A stretch of DNA of 64,000 nucleotides from Podarcis tiliguerta (lineage: Eukaryota), in the NCBI GenBank assembly GCA_965153285.1, contig OZ229119.1; one strand, 5' to 3'. The notes under the pieces were generated by a model. The model was not told where the DNA came from and made no database searches. It was given only the letters and a program-made list of their open reading frames with translations. Shown here piece by piece: positions 1-15,200 of the stretch. Position numbers and translations under genes: made by a program. Every line of letters begins with the position of its first letter. Position 1 is the first letter of the stretch.

Positions 1-1167
1 TAAAAAAATAATTTCATAATATATGAATTGATTTTTGATGTCAACACAGTAGACACTTATATCTTACTCAGGTTCCACAACAAACATATACCAAATAACC
101 CAGTTATGATTTACATAAATCTTTCAATACTGAATAGTGTAGTTGATTCCAAAAGACATTTATGGTTTAAAAGTGTGACACACTTAATGGGAAGGGCATA
201 GCTCACTGGTAGAACATATGTTGTGCTTGCTGAAGATTCCAGTTTTAATCTACATGTCCAGTTAAAAGGACCACTGTAACAGATTTCTGAAAGTCCCAAT
301 AACTTGGGAGAGATTCTGATAGTTTGAGTGGGCAACATTGGCCCAATCTGATTAGTTGTAAGACAGATTTATATGTGTCTTATACCAGTGACTACCGTAA
401 GTTTTGCACTCTGAGCAAGTTACAACAGCAACCATCCTATCAGGGTTGTTGCAAAGACAAACTGAGAAGACAGTATTTAGTAGTTTTATATGAAAAAGTA
501 TTCAGTATACAACCTCACTATCCATCCAGCCATCCACCACCAAAGGAAGTTAAATAATTGGCACATTTACTATTAAAGTCAAGCAGATACAGTACCACTA
601 TTACACCAGTATTGCATACAGATGTGTCACTTAAAAGTTCTATTATCCTGCTGCATTATTTTATGGGTAAATGTGCTAATATGGCAGTTAAAAAAAATCT
701 GGTTGTAAGATGTAAACATCCTTAAATAGACAAGTGTTTTATTCCTCAACAGTTTTATGTTTTGGAAGCATTTGGCGATGAGCAGTACACAGATCAACAA
801 AAAGGAGCAGTTTTTCATAAGTGTGCAGCCTGCTTAGCTGTTCTGTGAAAGCTGACAGAAAATTTATTTATTTCAATACTTGACCGAGCCAACTTCTTGG
901 TAGAAGGAATGCCAGGGACAGAGATAACATCACTCCTCTGACGTGTCCTTTGGCTTTTTCCCTTGTATAGAATGTTCCTAAAATAATCTCCATTTTCTGT
1001 GACTTTTTAAAAAAATTAAGCAAACTGACAGCTATTTGTCTGAACACCACCCCCGCCCATAAAGTCAACCATCATTCCCCATTGCAATTTTGACAAAACA
1101 AATCAGGGACTGACTACTGGGTTGTTGCCTCCTTTGCAATGGTTCTGCAGTGAGGGTAGAAAGCTAC

Positions 1168-1636
1168 TTAGCCTAGGACCCTCGTACCTACGGGACCGCC
1201 TCTCCTGGTATGCCCCACAGAGAAACCTACGCTCGTCAAATAAAAACATCCTGAAGGTCCCAGGCCTCAGAGAGGTTAGGCTGGCCTCAACTAGAGCCAG
1301 GGCTTTCTCGGCTGCGGCTCCAATCTGGTGGAACGCTCTGTCACAAGAGACTAGGGCCCTGCGGGACCTGACATCTTTCCGCAGAGCCTGCAAGACAGAG
1401 TTGTTCCACCAGGCCTTTGGTCAGGGCCCAGCCTGACTCCCTCCTCTGGCAACCTGCACAGAATTTTGCTTAACGGTTGCCATTAATTTGACTTTAATTA
1501 ATTTTTATAATGGAATGTTTTTAGAATGTTTGATTATTTGATTGTTTGATTATTTAATTGTTGTTAGCCGCCCTGAGCCCGGCTTCGGCTGGGGAGGGCG
1601 GGATATAAATAAAAAATTTTATTATTATTATTATTA
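1168..1636 (+). mobile_element. L2-type LINE 3' end with (ATT)n tail
   Basis: ORF2 C-terminus LGPSYLRDRL..RAFSAAAPIWWNAL..FRRACKTELF; 3' UTR hairpin and microsatellite tail. Confidence 0.85.
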
Positions 1637-4056
1637 GCAACTACTGTTTCTGTGAGGTGCGTGGATTAGGATGGGCAGAAAGTCTGAACATACATAAGCA
1701 TTTATACTACACTTTATGCTGGCTGAAGCTGACGGGCGTTGTAGACCTGGAAAGTGCCAGGTTAGGGAAGTCTGTGTTAGAGGCCTCATGTACTTTGTCC
1801 AGGATCTTAAGGGCTGAGCAGCTAATTTTGTCAGTACCAAGTAGACTTTACACTTGTTCGTAAATGGCAGTAGAATGTGAAACACAATAAACTGCTTTTG
1901 AGAATAAGAAGGGGGGGCGGTTCAAAAGCAATTTGCAATATAGCCCCCCCAAAAAATTAGCTGTTAAAAAAAACAATGAAGTCTACATGGTTTTCTACAG
2001 TGTAGGAAGAGGAATACTGGATAATTTGCTGTAGATCAGCAAGAGCTTATGACTCCCAGTTGTTCAATAACCACAGCAAAAAGTTTCCCACCCCACAAAG
2101 GTGGCAATTAGAATCCCTGACCTGTACTCAGAAGTATATTGTCAATTGCATATGCAAATTACCCCAGTGTCTGGGGTGGGTAAGTAGGTAATTGGCTCTG
2201 CCATTTTGTTTCTAGCTCTGCCCTTCAGTGATTATTTTGTGCCTGGCTCCAGAACTCAGCATTTCAGGTTTTGTTTTTTTAAGTAGATCTCATAAGACTT
2301 CCCATGCTCGGTTGAAGTGTTTCTTTCTTTTAACCCTAGCCATTCTCTCTCTAATCCTTACAACAAATCTATAATATATGCCAGTGTTATCTATATATTG
2401 TAGACATGGAGGTGGGGTAGGGGCTAGATCTGAGAAGGTAGCGGCTTGCATGGTGGAACCAGGGACATTCTTTTTCACAGCTCAATCTTTTAGCCATTAT
2501 ACTTGGAATCTGGGAATACGTTATAGTCTGGGAATCAGAAGTAGAAATCAGCATTTAGTATCTGACGTGGAAGCCACTGAGAGAAAACAAGCCGTCAGAG
2601 AAACTAACCACAGAACTGCAAAGTGAACAGGTCAAACTGCCCCTTTGCAGCTTCAGACCAGGCCACTGTGTTTGATAGAAGATCGGTCACAGGAAAGCAA
2701 GAAAAACTATTAAGAGAATTCTTAAATGAATTTTCTTAGATCTTTTCCCACATCAGACCTACCAGGGCTTTTAAAAAAGGATCATTTTGTACCGTGCTGA
2801 GCAAAACTATACACAAACACAATTAGTTTGCATATATTGCCTTCTTTTGAATTATTTGTTTTGTTTGTGCTGCTGGGTGCAGGAACGGAAGCCCCACATA
2901 ACTGACCACAGGGCATCCTGCTCAGTCCCACCTCTGGAATCCAATATTTTGCAAGCACTGCTCCTTTCCCATATACTTCGAAGCCCAAAAGGTTCTGCTG
3001 GAAGTCAATTGTCAGGATGTTCAGTTCTGTGCTAAACAATTCTGGTATTGACTACTTTCCACCCATTGGGACGGGGACAAATACTTTGGGTTAGAGGGAA
3101 CTTCCATATTTTTCCTTGGTGATCCATTGTTTGGCTGTAATCATCAATTAACAGTATGATTGTCCCCCCATTCCTTTCTCTCAAAACACCTCCGTAACTG
3201 GCTGGCATTTTTCAGTTTCTACCATGGCTGACAAGGACTACAGCTCAGTGATAAAACACATGCTTCACATGCAGATGGTTCCAGGGTCCATCTCTGGCAT
3301 CCTCGGTTAAAGGATCAGAAAGCAGGTGAGATGGGAAAGTTTTTTGCCTGTGACCATGAAGAGATGCTGTCAGAGGAGACAGTGCTAAGCAAAAGGCACC
3401 AGTGATCTGGCAAAGGAGCCACATGTGTTCCTAAATCATAACCTGATAAACTCCGGTCAAGTTATGTTGCTTTCAAATCATTGGCTTCAACAAGTATCCA
3501 ATCTAATGCATTCAATCAGGGCAGCTGCCAAATAAAACTATCAATGGCTGCATTTACATCAGAAGCATTATAGAAGCTTCCAATCCCTTGATTAATTAGA
3601 ATACATAAGGCATTCTTTTTTTTAAAAAGGTCAATAGATGTCAGGAATACATTGTACTTTTTAAACACATAGCAGCTAAGTAAATATCAGTGTGCACAAT
3701 TCTATTCTGTAAGGTTGCCAGAGGCATCCAGAAAATATTGAATTCCATAAAAATCAACAAAGCTTTGTTGAGAAAGGTCACCTTCATCATCTTGTGATTT
3801 CAAAAAACTGAGCCAAATCCCAACGAAGGTACAATACCAAGAGATAGCTCTTGGAACTCTGACCAGCCCACCATCTCTTCTCCAGTCATTCTCTCCTCCT
3901 CCCCGCCCCCCCCCCCCCCCGCCCCGGACCACACCTGTAACTCATTTAATTTTCTTGGATGTTTTTACCTGGTTGGTATGTTAAACTCTCATAATGACTC
4001 ATTTGCCTGGATGGAGAAGAGTGTTTGATGTGTGTAAAACTACACTACTGTGCCAA

Positions 4057-4505
4057 GTTGTTGTTGTTGTTTATTTATACCCCGCCTATCTGGCTGGGTT
4101 TCCCCAGCCACTCTGGGCAGCTGCCAACAGATTAAAAACAGAATAAAATATCACACATTAAAAACTTCCCTAAACAGGGCTGCCTTCAGATGTCTTCTAA
4201 AAGTTAGGTAGTTGTTTATTTCCTTGACATCTGGTGGGAGGGCATTCCACAGGGTAGGCGCCACCACCAAAAAGGCCCTCTGCCTGGTTCCCTGTAACCT
4301 CACATCTCGCAGTGAAGGAACCGCCAGAAGGCCCTCAGCGTCCGGTCAGAACGATGGGGGTGGAGACGCTTCTTCAGGTATACTGGGCTGAGGCTGTTTA
4401 GGGCTTTAAAGATCAACACCAACACTTTGAATTGTGCTCGGAAATGTACTGGGAGCCAATGTAGGTCTTTCAGGTTTTGGCAGCCACTTCCAGTCACCAG
4501 TCTAG
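4057..4505 (-). mobile_element. L2-type LINE 3' fragment
   Basis: LKDLHWLPVHFRAQFKVLVLIFKAL motif; (AAC)n tail; approximate ends. Confidence 0.85.
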
Positions 4506-6944
4506 CTGCCTAGTCTAGTTAAAATTATTCTGTCCATTTTTGCTTCTGATTCCACCGGTCACCGGCATATAACTTGCAGAAGGTTGACTAGAAGGATAAG
4601 TAACACTTGGGCTGAAAAATGTCCCCCAACCCCTAGTGTACACAAACACCACTTTTATTTTCAGGTACCCACAGAATCATCCAGGAGCAAGATTGTCAGA
4701 TCATGTGAGATGCCATGTGCATTTCACATAAGTCTTATTTGGGTTTTCTTGAAGCCTATCTGTGTAGTGCAGGGAAGGAGAACTTGTGGCCTCCAGATCT
4801 TGTTGTACCACAACTCGCATTAGCCCCAGTGGTAAGGGATAGTGGAAGGTGTAATCTAACATCATTTGCAGAGCCACAAGTTCTCCATTCTTGGTAAAGG
4901 GGCTATTGGCAGCGGCCCTATCCCACTGTGCCCCTGTGACTGGGAATTCTGATGGCACAGGGTTCCTGATCACAATGAGGAACAAGCACATTTAGTTGAA
5001 TACACTTACAATTCTCCTGAAATTCTTCTTCCCACTCAGTGTAAGTAGGTGTGTGTGGAGGGGAAGCACACACATCACCACATGGATAGATTTTAGGAAC
5101 ATCTGAAGAGGGTCTATGTGCAGCACTGCTTTGCTATATCATCATCCTGTCTTTGACTAACATAAAGTCCCCTATTTGCTAGGGCTAGGCTGATGTCAGG
5201 CTTGCATTATATATTTTGTATTTTTATTTGAACCCCAAGATCCACCAAGCCTCGTGTGAAATATATACACTAAAATAAAATAATACTGTAATAAAAATGT
5301 TGAACCCAGGAATTTGTTTTGAACTGGACTGAGTCCAGAAGATGGTGTATAGGCAATACGTGCAAAATAACATCCAAATGACATAGTAAGTTCTTATTCC
5401 AGACTACCATTTGTATAGAAGGTGATAAATAATTTATGTTAACTGGAAGGTTTTATAATGCGAGGGGAGACATGTACATAACAAAACTGTACCATTCAGT
5501 TGCAAATGAGTCTTTGAGCTTCAAACCTTGTGCAATTTTATTTTGTTAGTCAGTTTTTCCAGTATCTCGTTATTTTGAGTCTGTCTGCTATGCTAGTAAA
5601 AGAGAACTTATTAGAGGTTTCAGCTGTAAGTTAATATTTTCTCCCATGAAAAGACTGAGCTGCATAGACTCTGGACATTTAGAGATGTTTTCTCCAGTAA
5701 TTGCTTTTATTTTGGCAAATACTTCCTAATAACATAAAATGATAGTGATGATGATAGAATTGGACTGAGTCATAAGTCGTTCCACCCAAAAGTATCCCCT
5801 CTCCTGCAACACAGTTCCTTCATTTCACCAGTATAATTTAGCAGGGGGTAGCATTTTTGTTGTTGAAGTAAGATCGGATTGAAATTACCCAGAGATCTAC
5901 CAGTAGATAATTCTGCCCACCGCTGTGCTAGAAGACAGCAATTATATTATTCATCCTGACTCCTGTGTGGCTATACACCTCTCTGGCCCCTACAGACCAA
6001 CCTTTGCAGAATGAGAGGCCACGCTCAACGGAAGAAAATGGATGCCCCTGGTTTACATTATCACTTACCCCAGATGGAGAAGGTGTGTCAAAAGTCTCAA
6101 CTTCTGGTGCCCTCGCCCTCTGAAGGGCATTCAGCAGTTGTAATACTAACAGCATAGCCCTATGTATGTCTACTCAGAAGTAAGTTCCACTGAGTCAAAT
6201 CTGGCTTATTCCCAGTTAAATGTATATAGGATTGCAGAGTCAATTAGTTACTTTAAGCAGAGTTTGCAATCTAGTGTCTGTACCTTTAAATTGATGAGTT
6301 GAGTTTCTAGACACCAGATTTTTAAAAAAAATTTCCAGGTATTTGGCAACCTTTACATTCTGCAAGATCCTATCTATTCCTTGTCTCCCCAAAAACAGTT
6401 TGGCACAAGGCCTGTTTACAAAGCATGGGGGAAGTACTAGAGAATGAATGTCACCAGTTGCCTAGCAACTACCCTATGCTGGTTCAGCTCTCTCCCTCTG
6501 GCCTAGTCCCAGGCTCGAGCCCTTTAGCCTCAGTAGACTATGAGAAGTGGAAGCCATTAGCACTGTTTTGCTGTTTATATGTTTGCATCCGTTCTTTATG
6601 ATACTGCTTTATTGTTGCTCTGAGTTTTTTAAAATATTAAAAGAGTTTAAAGTAAATATACTGCACCATAATACATATCTATATCCTTGAGACTGTGTGT
6701 GTTACTTCATTAACTACAGTACTTATATGACTGTTCACACAGATACTTGTGACAAACTAGAAACACGGGGGAGTTGCTATATTCTAGATAAACACAGTCT
6801 TTATCTATGGCAGTTTCTTCGTTGTTTTAATTCACTGTATTAATTCATTTTTCTGTATTAATTCACAGGATGTATTTTTGATCCTGGTGCAGGTTATCAA
6901 AACAGCCTTGTCTATAGGAGGAATGTGGACTCCAAAACTAACTT

Positions 6945-7445
6945 AACTGGCTCCATAATTGCTTCTGGGCCCAATTCCAAGTGCTGATAAACCTTACATA
7001 AACCCAATTCCAAGTGCATTTGAAACCTTACATGACCTGGGGTGGAAGATACCTTAAGAACTGCCTTTGCACATATGAAACCTACTTTCTCACTTAGTCT
7101 TCAGCTGAGTCCCAAGCTCTGTCTTGCTGCCTTTTCAGAGAGGCCATAGGCTCAGCCATAGCTCTGGCATACAGAAGGTTACAGGTTCAATCCCTGGCAT
7201 TTATATCTAAGACTGGGAAAGACCCCCATCTACAACCATACAGTAGCATTGCCAGAAAATTCTGAGCTAGATGGAGCTAAGAATGGTCTGACTCAGTGTG
7301 AGGCAGCTTCATATATGTTCTTCTCAGGTTAGATGGGTGTGTATGTAGGGGAGTCAGACTTTGGAATTCTCTTTCCCAGGATGTTCATTTGGCTCCCTGA
7401 CTCTTGGTCTCTTGCTGTTCTGTAAAAACTTTTATCTCAGGGGGT
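6945..7445 (+). mobile_element. Degraded L2 fragment interrupted by a tRNA-derived SINE (about 7141..7322)
   Basis: Degenerate WL..CFWAQFQVL-like sequence; SINE head ggccataggctcag...ggttcaatccctggcat. Confidence 0.55.
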
Positions 7446-7675
7446 TTGCAGATGAGGTAGAGGTTACTTGCGGCTGATACGTGTCTTGCTCATGCTGCTG
7501 ATTTTATTTCTCTTCTTTTTGTATGTTTTATGGCGGGTTTTGGGTTGCATTTTTTTTTTAAGGCGAAGCTGATATTTCTGGCGAGATGTTTTGAAATGTA
7601 GAAGCAGGAGAAGTATGTTATAAACATAAAACCATTGCCTCATGGTGGGGTGCATTTTGATTTGAATGTATAGAG

Positions 7676-7924
7676 CATGGGTAGGCAAACTAAGGCCCGG
7701 GGGCCGGATCCGACCCAATCACCTTCTAAATCTGGCTGCGGATGGTCTGGGAATCAGCGTGTTTTTACATGAGTAGAATGTGTCCTTTTATTTAACATGC
7801 ATCTCTGGGTTATTTGTGGGGCATAGGAATTTGTTCATTTCCCCCCCAAAAATATAGTCCGGCCTCCCACAAGGTCTGAGGGACAGTGGACTGGCCCCCT
7901 GCTGAAAAAGTGTGCTGACCCCTG
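7676..7924. mobile_element. hAT-type non-autonomous DNA transposon
   Basis: TIRs CATGGGTAGGCAAACT / CAGGGGTCAGCACACT; perfect 8-bp TSD GTATAGAG. Confidence 0.88.
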
Positions 7925-8437
7925 GTATAGAGCTCCTTGCACACTTTACTGCAGAAGAGCACATTAAAGAGGTGAGAAAGCAGTGCTTGTATTTCAAATT
8001 TTATGGTGGCAGCAAGGGATGCAGCTGCAAGGAAAAGGATTATGTGCCACAGTGTGAAAGGCCTTCCCTATGGTTTGTGATGTATCTATCTTAATACCTG
8101 CAGATCTTTCCCCTTTATATGTTATATGTTTAGAAGGTTATCCCAGAGCTTCTGTTTGGATCACTAGGCTTTTTATGATAGAAAAGGGAGAGGAAGCAGG
8201 AGACAGGGAAGGAAGGTAGCAAAAGTTAATTTTTATTCATAGAAGTTTGTGTGTTTCAAATCTTGCCTTAGGGACTCTCATGAACAAGCTGTAAAAGCTG
8301 ACAATACTAAATAAAAGGGGATTCCATATATTTCTAATAGCATTGATGGTTCATCATGCAAGTTTAATTTTTCAAATTAGCAACTAAAGCAGGCCTAATG
8401 CAAACTTATTTCCATACTGGCTCAAGTTGAATTGGGA

Positions 8438-8618
8438 AGCACCATAGCTCAGTGGTAGAGAACATGCTTTGCATGTAGAATTCCTGGCATCTCCACTTAA
8501 AAACATCAGATGGCAGGTGATGGGCAAGACCTCCCAGAGAGTCACTGCCAGCCACAGTATACAATACTGGGCTAGATGGACAAATGGTCTTGACCTGGTA
8601 TAAGGCAGATTCCTCTGG
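8438..8618 (+). mobile_element. tRNA-derived SINE (Squam3-like); related decayed copies at about 193-378, 3233-3432, 7141-7322, 38512-38690, 53757-53865
   Basis: A-box ccatagctcagtggtagag; body ...caatactgggctagatggacaaatggtct...tataaggcag; family name tentative. Confidence 0.7.
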
Positions 8619-9125
8619 TTTTGCAACTTGCCCACCCTCAGAATCAGAATCCATGGCTTGGGTTGGGTTTGCAAACTGTGTTTTGAGGTGGGCTTAGCAA
8701 ACTGTGGTTTGGCATGATATCTGAATTCACTAACTATAGTTGTGGCTCTATCTTGCGAAGCCCCTGTTCCATGGTGGTGGCTGTAAGCTTATAAAGCTGA
8801 GAGGGAAAGAAATGAAAGCTAGCAGGCTGGACTACTTGCCTATCTTATATGCTGGTTCTTCCTGCCTAAGTGTAGAACCTTACATTGAAATTCATTTTGT
8901 TGGTTTTGGACCAATTCCCAAGTTTGTTGTACGTGAAACAGACATATAACAGGGATGGAGGAACCTGAGGCCCTCCATATGTTACTGGACTCCAGCTCCC
9001 ATCATCCTTGACCATAGACCATGCTGAGTGGGGATCATGGAAGAGAGTCCAGCAACATTTGGAGGATCACATTTTCCCCATCTCTGGTATAGGCAATACT
9101 GAGCCAGATAATCTGGAAGAATATT

Positions 9126-9296
9126 CTGACAGTAAGAGCTGTTTGACAGTGTGGACTCCCCTTCCTTGGAGGTTTTTAAGCACAGGTTGGATGGCTTTCT
9201 GTCATGGATGCTTTAGTTGAGATCCCTGCATTGCAAGGGGTTGGACAAGATGACCCTTGGGATCACATCCAACTCTACAATCAGTTCTATGATCTG
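9126..9296 (+). mobile_element. CR1 LINE 3' terminal fragment
   Basis: tgacagtaagagctgtttgacagtg...ccttggaggtttttaagc...ggggttggac...tccaactctac, same as the 42917 copy. Confidence 0.75.
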
Positions 9297-12200
9297 ATTT
9301 ATCATAAGGATGCTGCTATGGTCTAGTTGTATACAGACAATTTTACGCAACATGCTGAGGATCTTTAATATGATTGCGGATGCAAAAGGAGATAACGCAC
9401 CACATTCTACTATGTGCACAACAGAGGTACACACTGTCAATGTTTATCATGAAACTCAGCAAGTCAAGTGCTAAGTGCATAGTATTTAATCAACACCAAT
9501 TGTTAGCTGAATATTCAGATGAAGTGAAGGAAGTATCTGGTTTTATTGCTGGCTTCTGTAGCACTTGGCAAAGCAATGCTATTTATTCAAGGTGCAATCT
9601 ACTTTACCATCCAGGACCAGAGGTGTTTTAGGAGTTCAGTGTTCTCAAGGCCTCCCACGTGCCTTTTATTGCTATTACTTTCAATGACAAGGAGTGCATG
9701 ACAAAGAGAAAAGATTTTCAGTGTTCATTTAATTAGTTTGCAAATTTGCAAAGAAAAAGTAGGACTATGGAATTCTCCCACTGTCTCGAGAGTGAGCTGA
9801 ACCAATAATATTTTAAAGAAACCCCTTCCAAAGCTGACCACTGCCAAAACCAGTTCATTCCTGAACTTTGGCAGCCTTGCCATGTTTGAGAAATAGAAAG
9901 AGTTGCCACCGTGATAAAATTATTATCTGTTTTGCAGAATAAAGGTGAGACAACAGATTCAGTACAGAAGCAACATTAGAAATATACTACAAACAAGAGA
10001 GCTACACATCATTCTCACTGATCAGGTATTAACAAAACACAGTGGATGCATATTTATTTCTGTGGAGTAATCTTAAAGTTGAAAATCAACCCCTGGAATT
10101 TTTTTTGATATGGATTTAACAGTTTGGGTTCTCTTCCACTTGTCTCCATGTTCCAGCGCTTTAGTAGTATGAAGGGAGGGCTTGTGCACTGGAAGGATTG
10201 TGTATTTGTGTACATGTGCATGCACAAACATTGCTGTGTACTTTGTGCACAAATCCACACTTGGCTTGCATGAAAAACCCCAGTTTTAGAGGAACAGCTC
10301 ATTAGGTATCAATAGTAGAGGACAAGTTTGGCTCCCTTAGTGCAGTGCTTTACTTCTCTCAATAGAAGTGAATGGTTCTTACATGCTTATTTAGAATTAA
10401 GGGGGTTCACTCAGGGAACACTGAGGAAGAGGTTAAATCTGCTCCACACCTTTGATGGAGTTCAGGGTTAGCCAACACAGTGTCTTCCTGATATTGTTAA
10501 GACTCCAACCCCCATTAGCCCCAGTCAGCATGGCCACTGGTCAAAAATACTGCGAGTCGTAGTGCAACAAAATCTGGATTGTACCACGTTTGCTATTGTT
10601 GCTCCATTTATTTAGAATCAAGATTGTCCCTTTCTGTATAGTTACATACTAGGTTCTGTTTCTCAGTATGAGGGCTAGAGCATGAGCAGCTATCACTACC
10701 TTCTCCTGTAAGAAACTTGGTGAGCTTGTGAGGTAATAGGATGTTCATAAACATTCTAACTGTTTAGAAGAATGTTGTTAGCAACAATGAGAACATTAGC
10801 AGCAATGCACTTTAGCAGAAAAGAGAGAGATAGTTACCATAGGGGAAAAAACCTATCAATCTTGGGCCTTGATGACAGGAAAATACATGTGTTGTTGGCA
10901 GCAGAAATGGACAGGCGAGGGACCTAAAGACATGATATTGGGAAGCAGGGTGCAAGGAGTCGAAGAGAACAGGGACAGAGGCTGAATTTTATATATTGAC
11001 TTGAAATCACTGGACAATTTTTTGGCTGCTGGTCAAAGTTCTCATTTTTCCTCTAAGAAGAACCAATGTATTACTTTAAGGCATCTTATTGCCTTGGGAC
11101 TCCATGCATACTATAGAACCATAAACTGGAAATGCAAGCTCTGAATTATGTTAAGCAAATCCTTGTCCTGCCAAATCTTACTCTAAAGTATATTTTTCTT
11201 AGCACTAGCCAACACTTAATTTCAATCTAATGGACCAACTGCAGAAACTCCATCTCCAGGAAGTCTTCATTTCCCACCTCTTTAGGCTTGAATCAAAGGA
11301 GATAAACAATGGAGTAGAAAAGAAAAACTCAGAAACTTTTGAAACCTCAGAAAGATTGTTTGGAATTTATTCCCTTTTTAACGTGAAGAGGTAACATTTG
11401 CACAAAAACGTATTGTTTTCACAGCAACAAGAGATCCAAAGTTACAGAATTTGAACACAAATGCACACTCTGCACCACCACAGTAAGTGCGAGAAAACCA
11501 AAATTAAAAAAAGGGTACAACATCTCAAGTTTGAGATGTGAGGCTTTTCAGAGCACATTTCCCATTCTTCCCTGAGCCACAGCTTAAATCTCAAGCAGGG
11601 GACTTTTTTCCCTCAGATTTTGCATTTCAAAATAGGGGGCATTTAAGCACACCCCAGTTTGGAGGGGGAAAAACAAAATCCGTTTCTTGCGAGATTTAAG
11701 GTATTTTTCGCTGACACACAAGTAATATTGCATTCTGTTTAAGAAAATACTCAGAATAACTCACATCATCCCTCAAGAAATGCATATATATACACAAATA
11801 ACAATACAAGTCACTATGATCTACAAGGTTTGAGAAGGGATGAAAGGACAAGAGAAAGGAATTTCATCTCTCCCAGGAAAAAAGTGTTCTCAACAGGATT
11901 TTATGGTGGATCCCCAACAATTGTATAAATTTTACATTTCATTTCTTCCCTGTAGCTATTCAAAAGTGAGGTTCACTTTGAAAGCACATAGCACTGAATT
12001 TCCTATGTGCATCATTTCCCCTTGATGCACCGTGTCCAGACTCCTCATTTTGCTGCCTGCTCATGTGCCCTGTGGTTGGGCACATTCTTCCCTCCACATC
12101 AATCCCACCATAAAAACCTAGTAAGAACACTGAAGGGGAATGCAAGGGGGTCTAGGAACAGTCTCTCAAGAAAGCTTCCAAGCTAAGCTCTGGAAGGCCA

Positions 12201-15200
12201 CTTTTCACAGGGTAGGGACACTATCTTCAGCCATTCAACATGCATGCTTAACAGTAAACTTCCAGCTACACAGGACCTTTGATTTCATACTAAAAGTGAT
12301 TCCATACATTATGGTAGTTCAGTGCAGGCCACAAGAAATGCAACCATACGCTGGTATTCTGTACAGATGACTAAACCACTTCTGGCACAGCGGAACACTG
12401 TGTCGGAAGCCAGAGTGCACGGAAACACTGTTTACAGACTACACAATAGAGCCAATCTATTATTGTGCAATTAATGCTGATTAGGGCCATCAAACTCCAG
12501 GTGGCTGCTTTAATATATAAAATAATCCTAACCTCTTTGAAGAGACACACCTTGCTTGGGTCTCTCTGCAAATAATGTGGCATAAATCCTGGAGTCCCAA
12601 TTTTCCACCCAGCTTCAGGTCCACAGTTACATTTAGGAAAAGAACTGTAGCCTCATTTCTACTTGTTCAGAATCCACTGCACACAGTTTGGATTGGCACA
12701 GTTTTGAATGGTTGCTATCTTGTTGCAGTGGACACAGTAAAAACCAAGCAACATTTCAAAAAAGGATCAAACTTCTCAAATGCTGCCTTCATTGTGCAAG
12801 GTTACCAAGACCATCTCTAGACTTCCCAAAAAGTATTCTGTCACAGGTGGAAAACTGTATCACATCAGTCCAAATTGTTTGCTACACTACGATTAATTCT
12901 GTAAAGAACATGTTCTGTTAAAACAGAAATTGGTGCTGCTTTAGCACTGGCAGAGTTCATGCCAAATTTGGGGCAAGTGAATTTTACATTACCTATCAAG
13001 TGCATTTTAAACCAGGGTGACAGCTAATAATAATTTAAGGAACTATATAAACTGAGATCAAGTTTAGCACAATTTATAGTTTTAAAGCATATGCTGAATC
13101 AAAAAAATACCTATATGCTAGTTATCATGTCAAAAAACAAAGAATTATATTCATTCAGATCATGGTTTTTTGAGACTAAAGGTAGTATGCTAATATTTTA
13201 AAATTTGTGTCCAGGAGACATTATATAATCTTATTAAATTACATATATATGGACATTCTTCACTGATTCTATACTGCAGGTATGTTGTTGTAACACTACC
13301 ATTAGCACAATTTAACACAGAGCTTAACCATGCTTACTCCTTATACTGAATCATGGCCCATAGAAATATGTCTTAACTTCTCTCTGTGCAATTCCATGGC
13401 AATTCCTGCTTTTCATTGGGATACATTGGATGAACCAATGCAGTTTCAGGATTCAACAATAAGTTTGTTACAACCAACAATATAACTTCTGTTGTTTTTT
13501 TAAAACACAATTATTCAGTGCTCTGTAGCGAAAAGGGACAAATTTACTGATACACCTTTTTATGTAGGAAAGAAGAGTCTGCCAAAATGGCATCAAAAAG
13601 AATAGAAGATGCAGCTCCTCTAATCACTGATAAAAGAAGAGCATAGAGCTCCTCTAATCACTGATCAAAGATTACACTCTCTCTCCCTCTTCCCGTGTTT
13701 TAAAAACAAATACACAAGCAAATTCAGCTTGCATTCTGCAGATAAGGGTGCATGCTACTAGAAACCCATCAAAAGCTCCTTCAAGTACATGAAATGGCAA
13801 CTGAAGTCCTACAACCCAACTTTCTGTCCATGTGAAATGCTGCAAATTCCATAGTGGAGTGCTGGCCTCCACTAAAAACAGCAACTATGTGTTCCAAGAT
13901 TTGACTGTTAGTCTGAAAAAAGGTCATGTTTAAGTCCTAGCATTTCATGATTACTTGCCACCTCACTATAGTGCAATTAGCTTACTTCACTGGAATATAC
14001 CGTTAAGGACAGATATACTCCACTGATAATACTATTTACTTCCTCTCTTTCAAAGGAGGATATTAGTACAAATTCTCTCAATTTCCTATATTTCTTTTCT
14101 TTCTTTCTTTTTAATTAGAATGCTTTTGACTATGTGTGTAACATTCCAGTGACCTAGCTCATGGTGAATTACCTTAATTTCATTACCCCTAAAAGTTATT
14201 GAGTGAAAACCAACCGCCTTTATATAAAATTGTAAGGGCAAAATGCAAAGAGACTGTTCCAAGCCCACTGGACCCACAGGAGGATTAATACATTCAAAAA
14301 TATTTTACAGACATTTACAACGAAGTGCAGAAAGAACAAATACTTCCGTGTTAAAAAAAAAAGAGACATGTATAAAAAATGACACTCACTGTAAAACATT
14401 CCAAAATACAAGAGACATACAACTATTACAGAATACAACCATTGAAAAGCAAGGGATTTTTTCACCCCACTCCTTTTATTGGCACCAGCAGCAATTGTGT
14501 CACAAAGGCAAATGCAGAGAGTGCTTGACACAAAATCCCAGGAAGACAGTACAAGAAAAAGGCGTAATACAGCGTTTGCCAGAAGCATGCCAGAGTTCAG
14601 CACAAGAAAGCGCCTCTCACAGCTTTCACCACCCTTGCACCAGCAGAAAGGGTTGCACGCTTTGGAGACAGTGTGCAAGAAATGTAACCAGATAGCAGCA
14701 ACATCAAAAGCTAAGTCACTTAAAGCACTCACATGTGCCACACACACTCCTGGGCAGACCAGGAGGTGGACATCAAGAGAAGATTTGGCCTATCCTAATG
14801 GCTAAATACTGAGCTTTGAGATCAGTTAACTTCCCCCCTTTGTAACAGAATAGGGGGAGTCACAAAACACCTATAATGCAAGAGCCACACATGCCAGAGA
14901 GCGAAATTACCTCACAATAAAAAGTGCTTATTGTTTCCTGACCATTATTCTAATGCCTCAGTACAGAAGAGCTCTCTTCTCTACTATTCAAGTTAGCCAA
15001 CAAGTAGGGAAGGGAGGCGACATAAAATTTCATAGTAACCAAGCAAATACTGATTGCAGATTTGTTTGAAACATGCAAATAGAGTAAGCACGGCTCCACT
15101 AGCATGCATTTACCTATTCCACGGGAACCAAGGGTCAGCTTGGAATGGGCAGCTGACCATGAACACAGGCCAATGGGAGGTGCAGATTTCTATTCGTTCC

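Noticed and set aside
193-378. tRNA-like A/B boxes here and at about 3233, 8438, 38512, 53757
   Set aside because: SINE heads with shared SINE bodies; no intact cloverleaf, so not tRNA genes
5928-6155. ORF with a GGG|GTAAGT donor near 6068 as a possible further MICAL3 exon
   Set aside because: The open frame is phase 0 but the host intron is phase 1, where it hits a stop quickly; no MICAL similarity; abuts a hairpin repeat
13613-13671. Direct repeat agctcctctaatcactgat(a/c)aaaga x2 (similar small duplications near 43775 and 51141)
   Set aside because: Ordinary slippage duplications; two units only, not CRISPR-like
14220-14805. Three overlapping ORFs of 108-175 aa
   Set aside because: No recognisable homology or exon structure; UTR-like composition; likely chance
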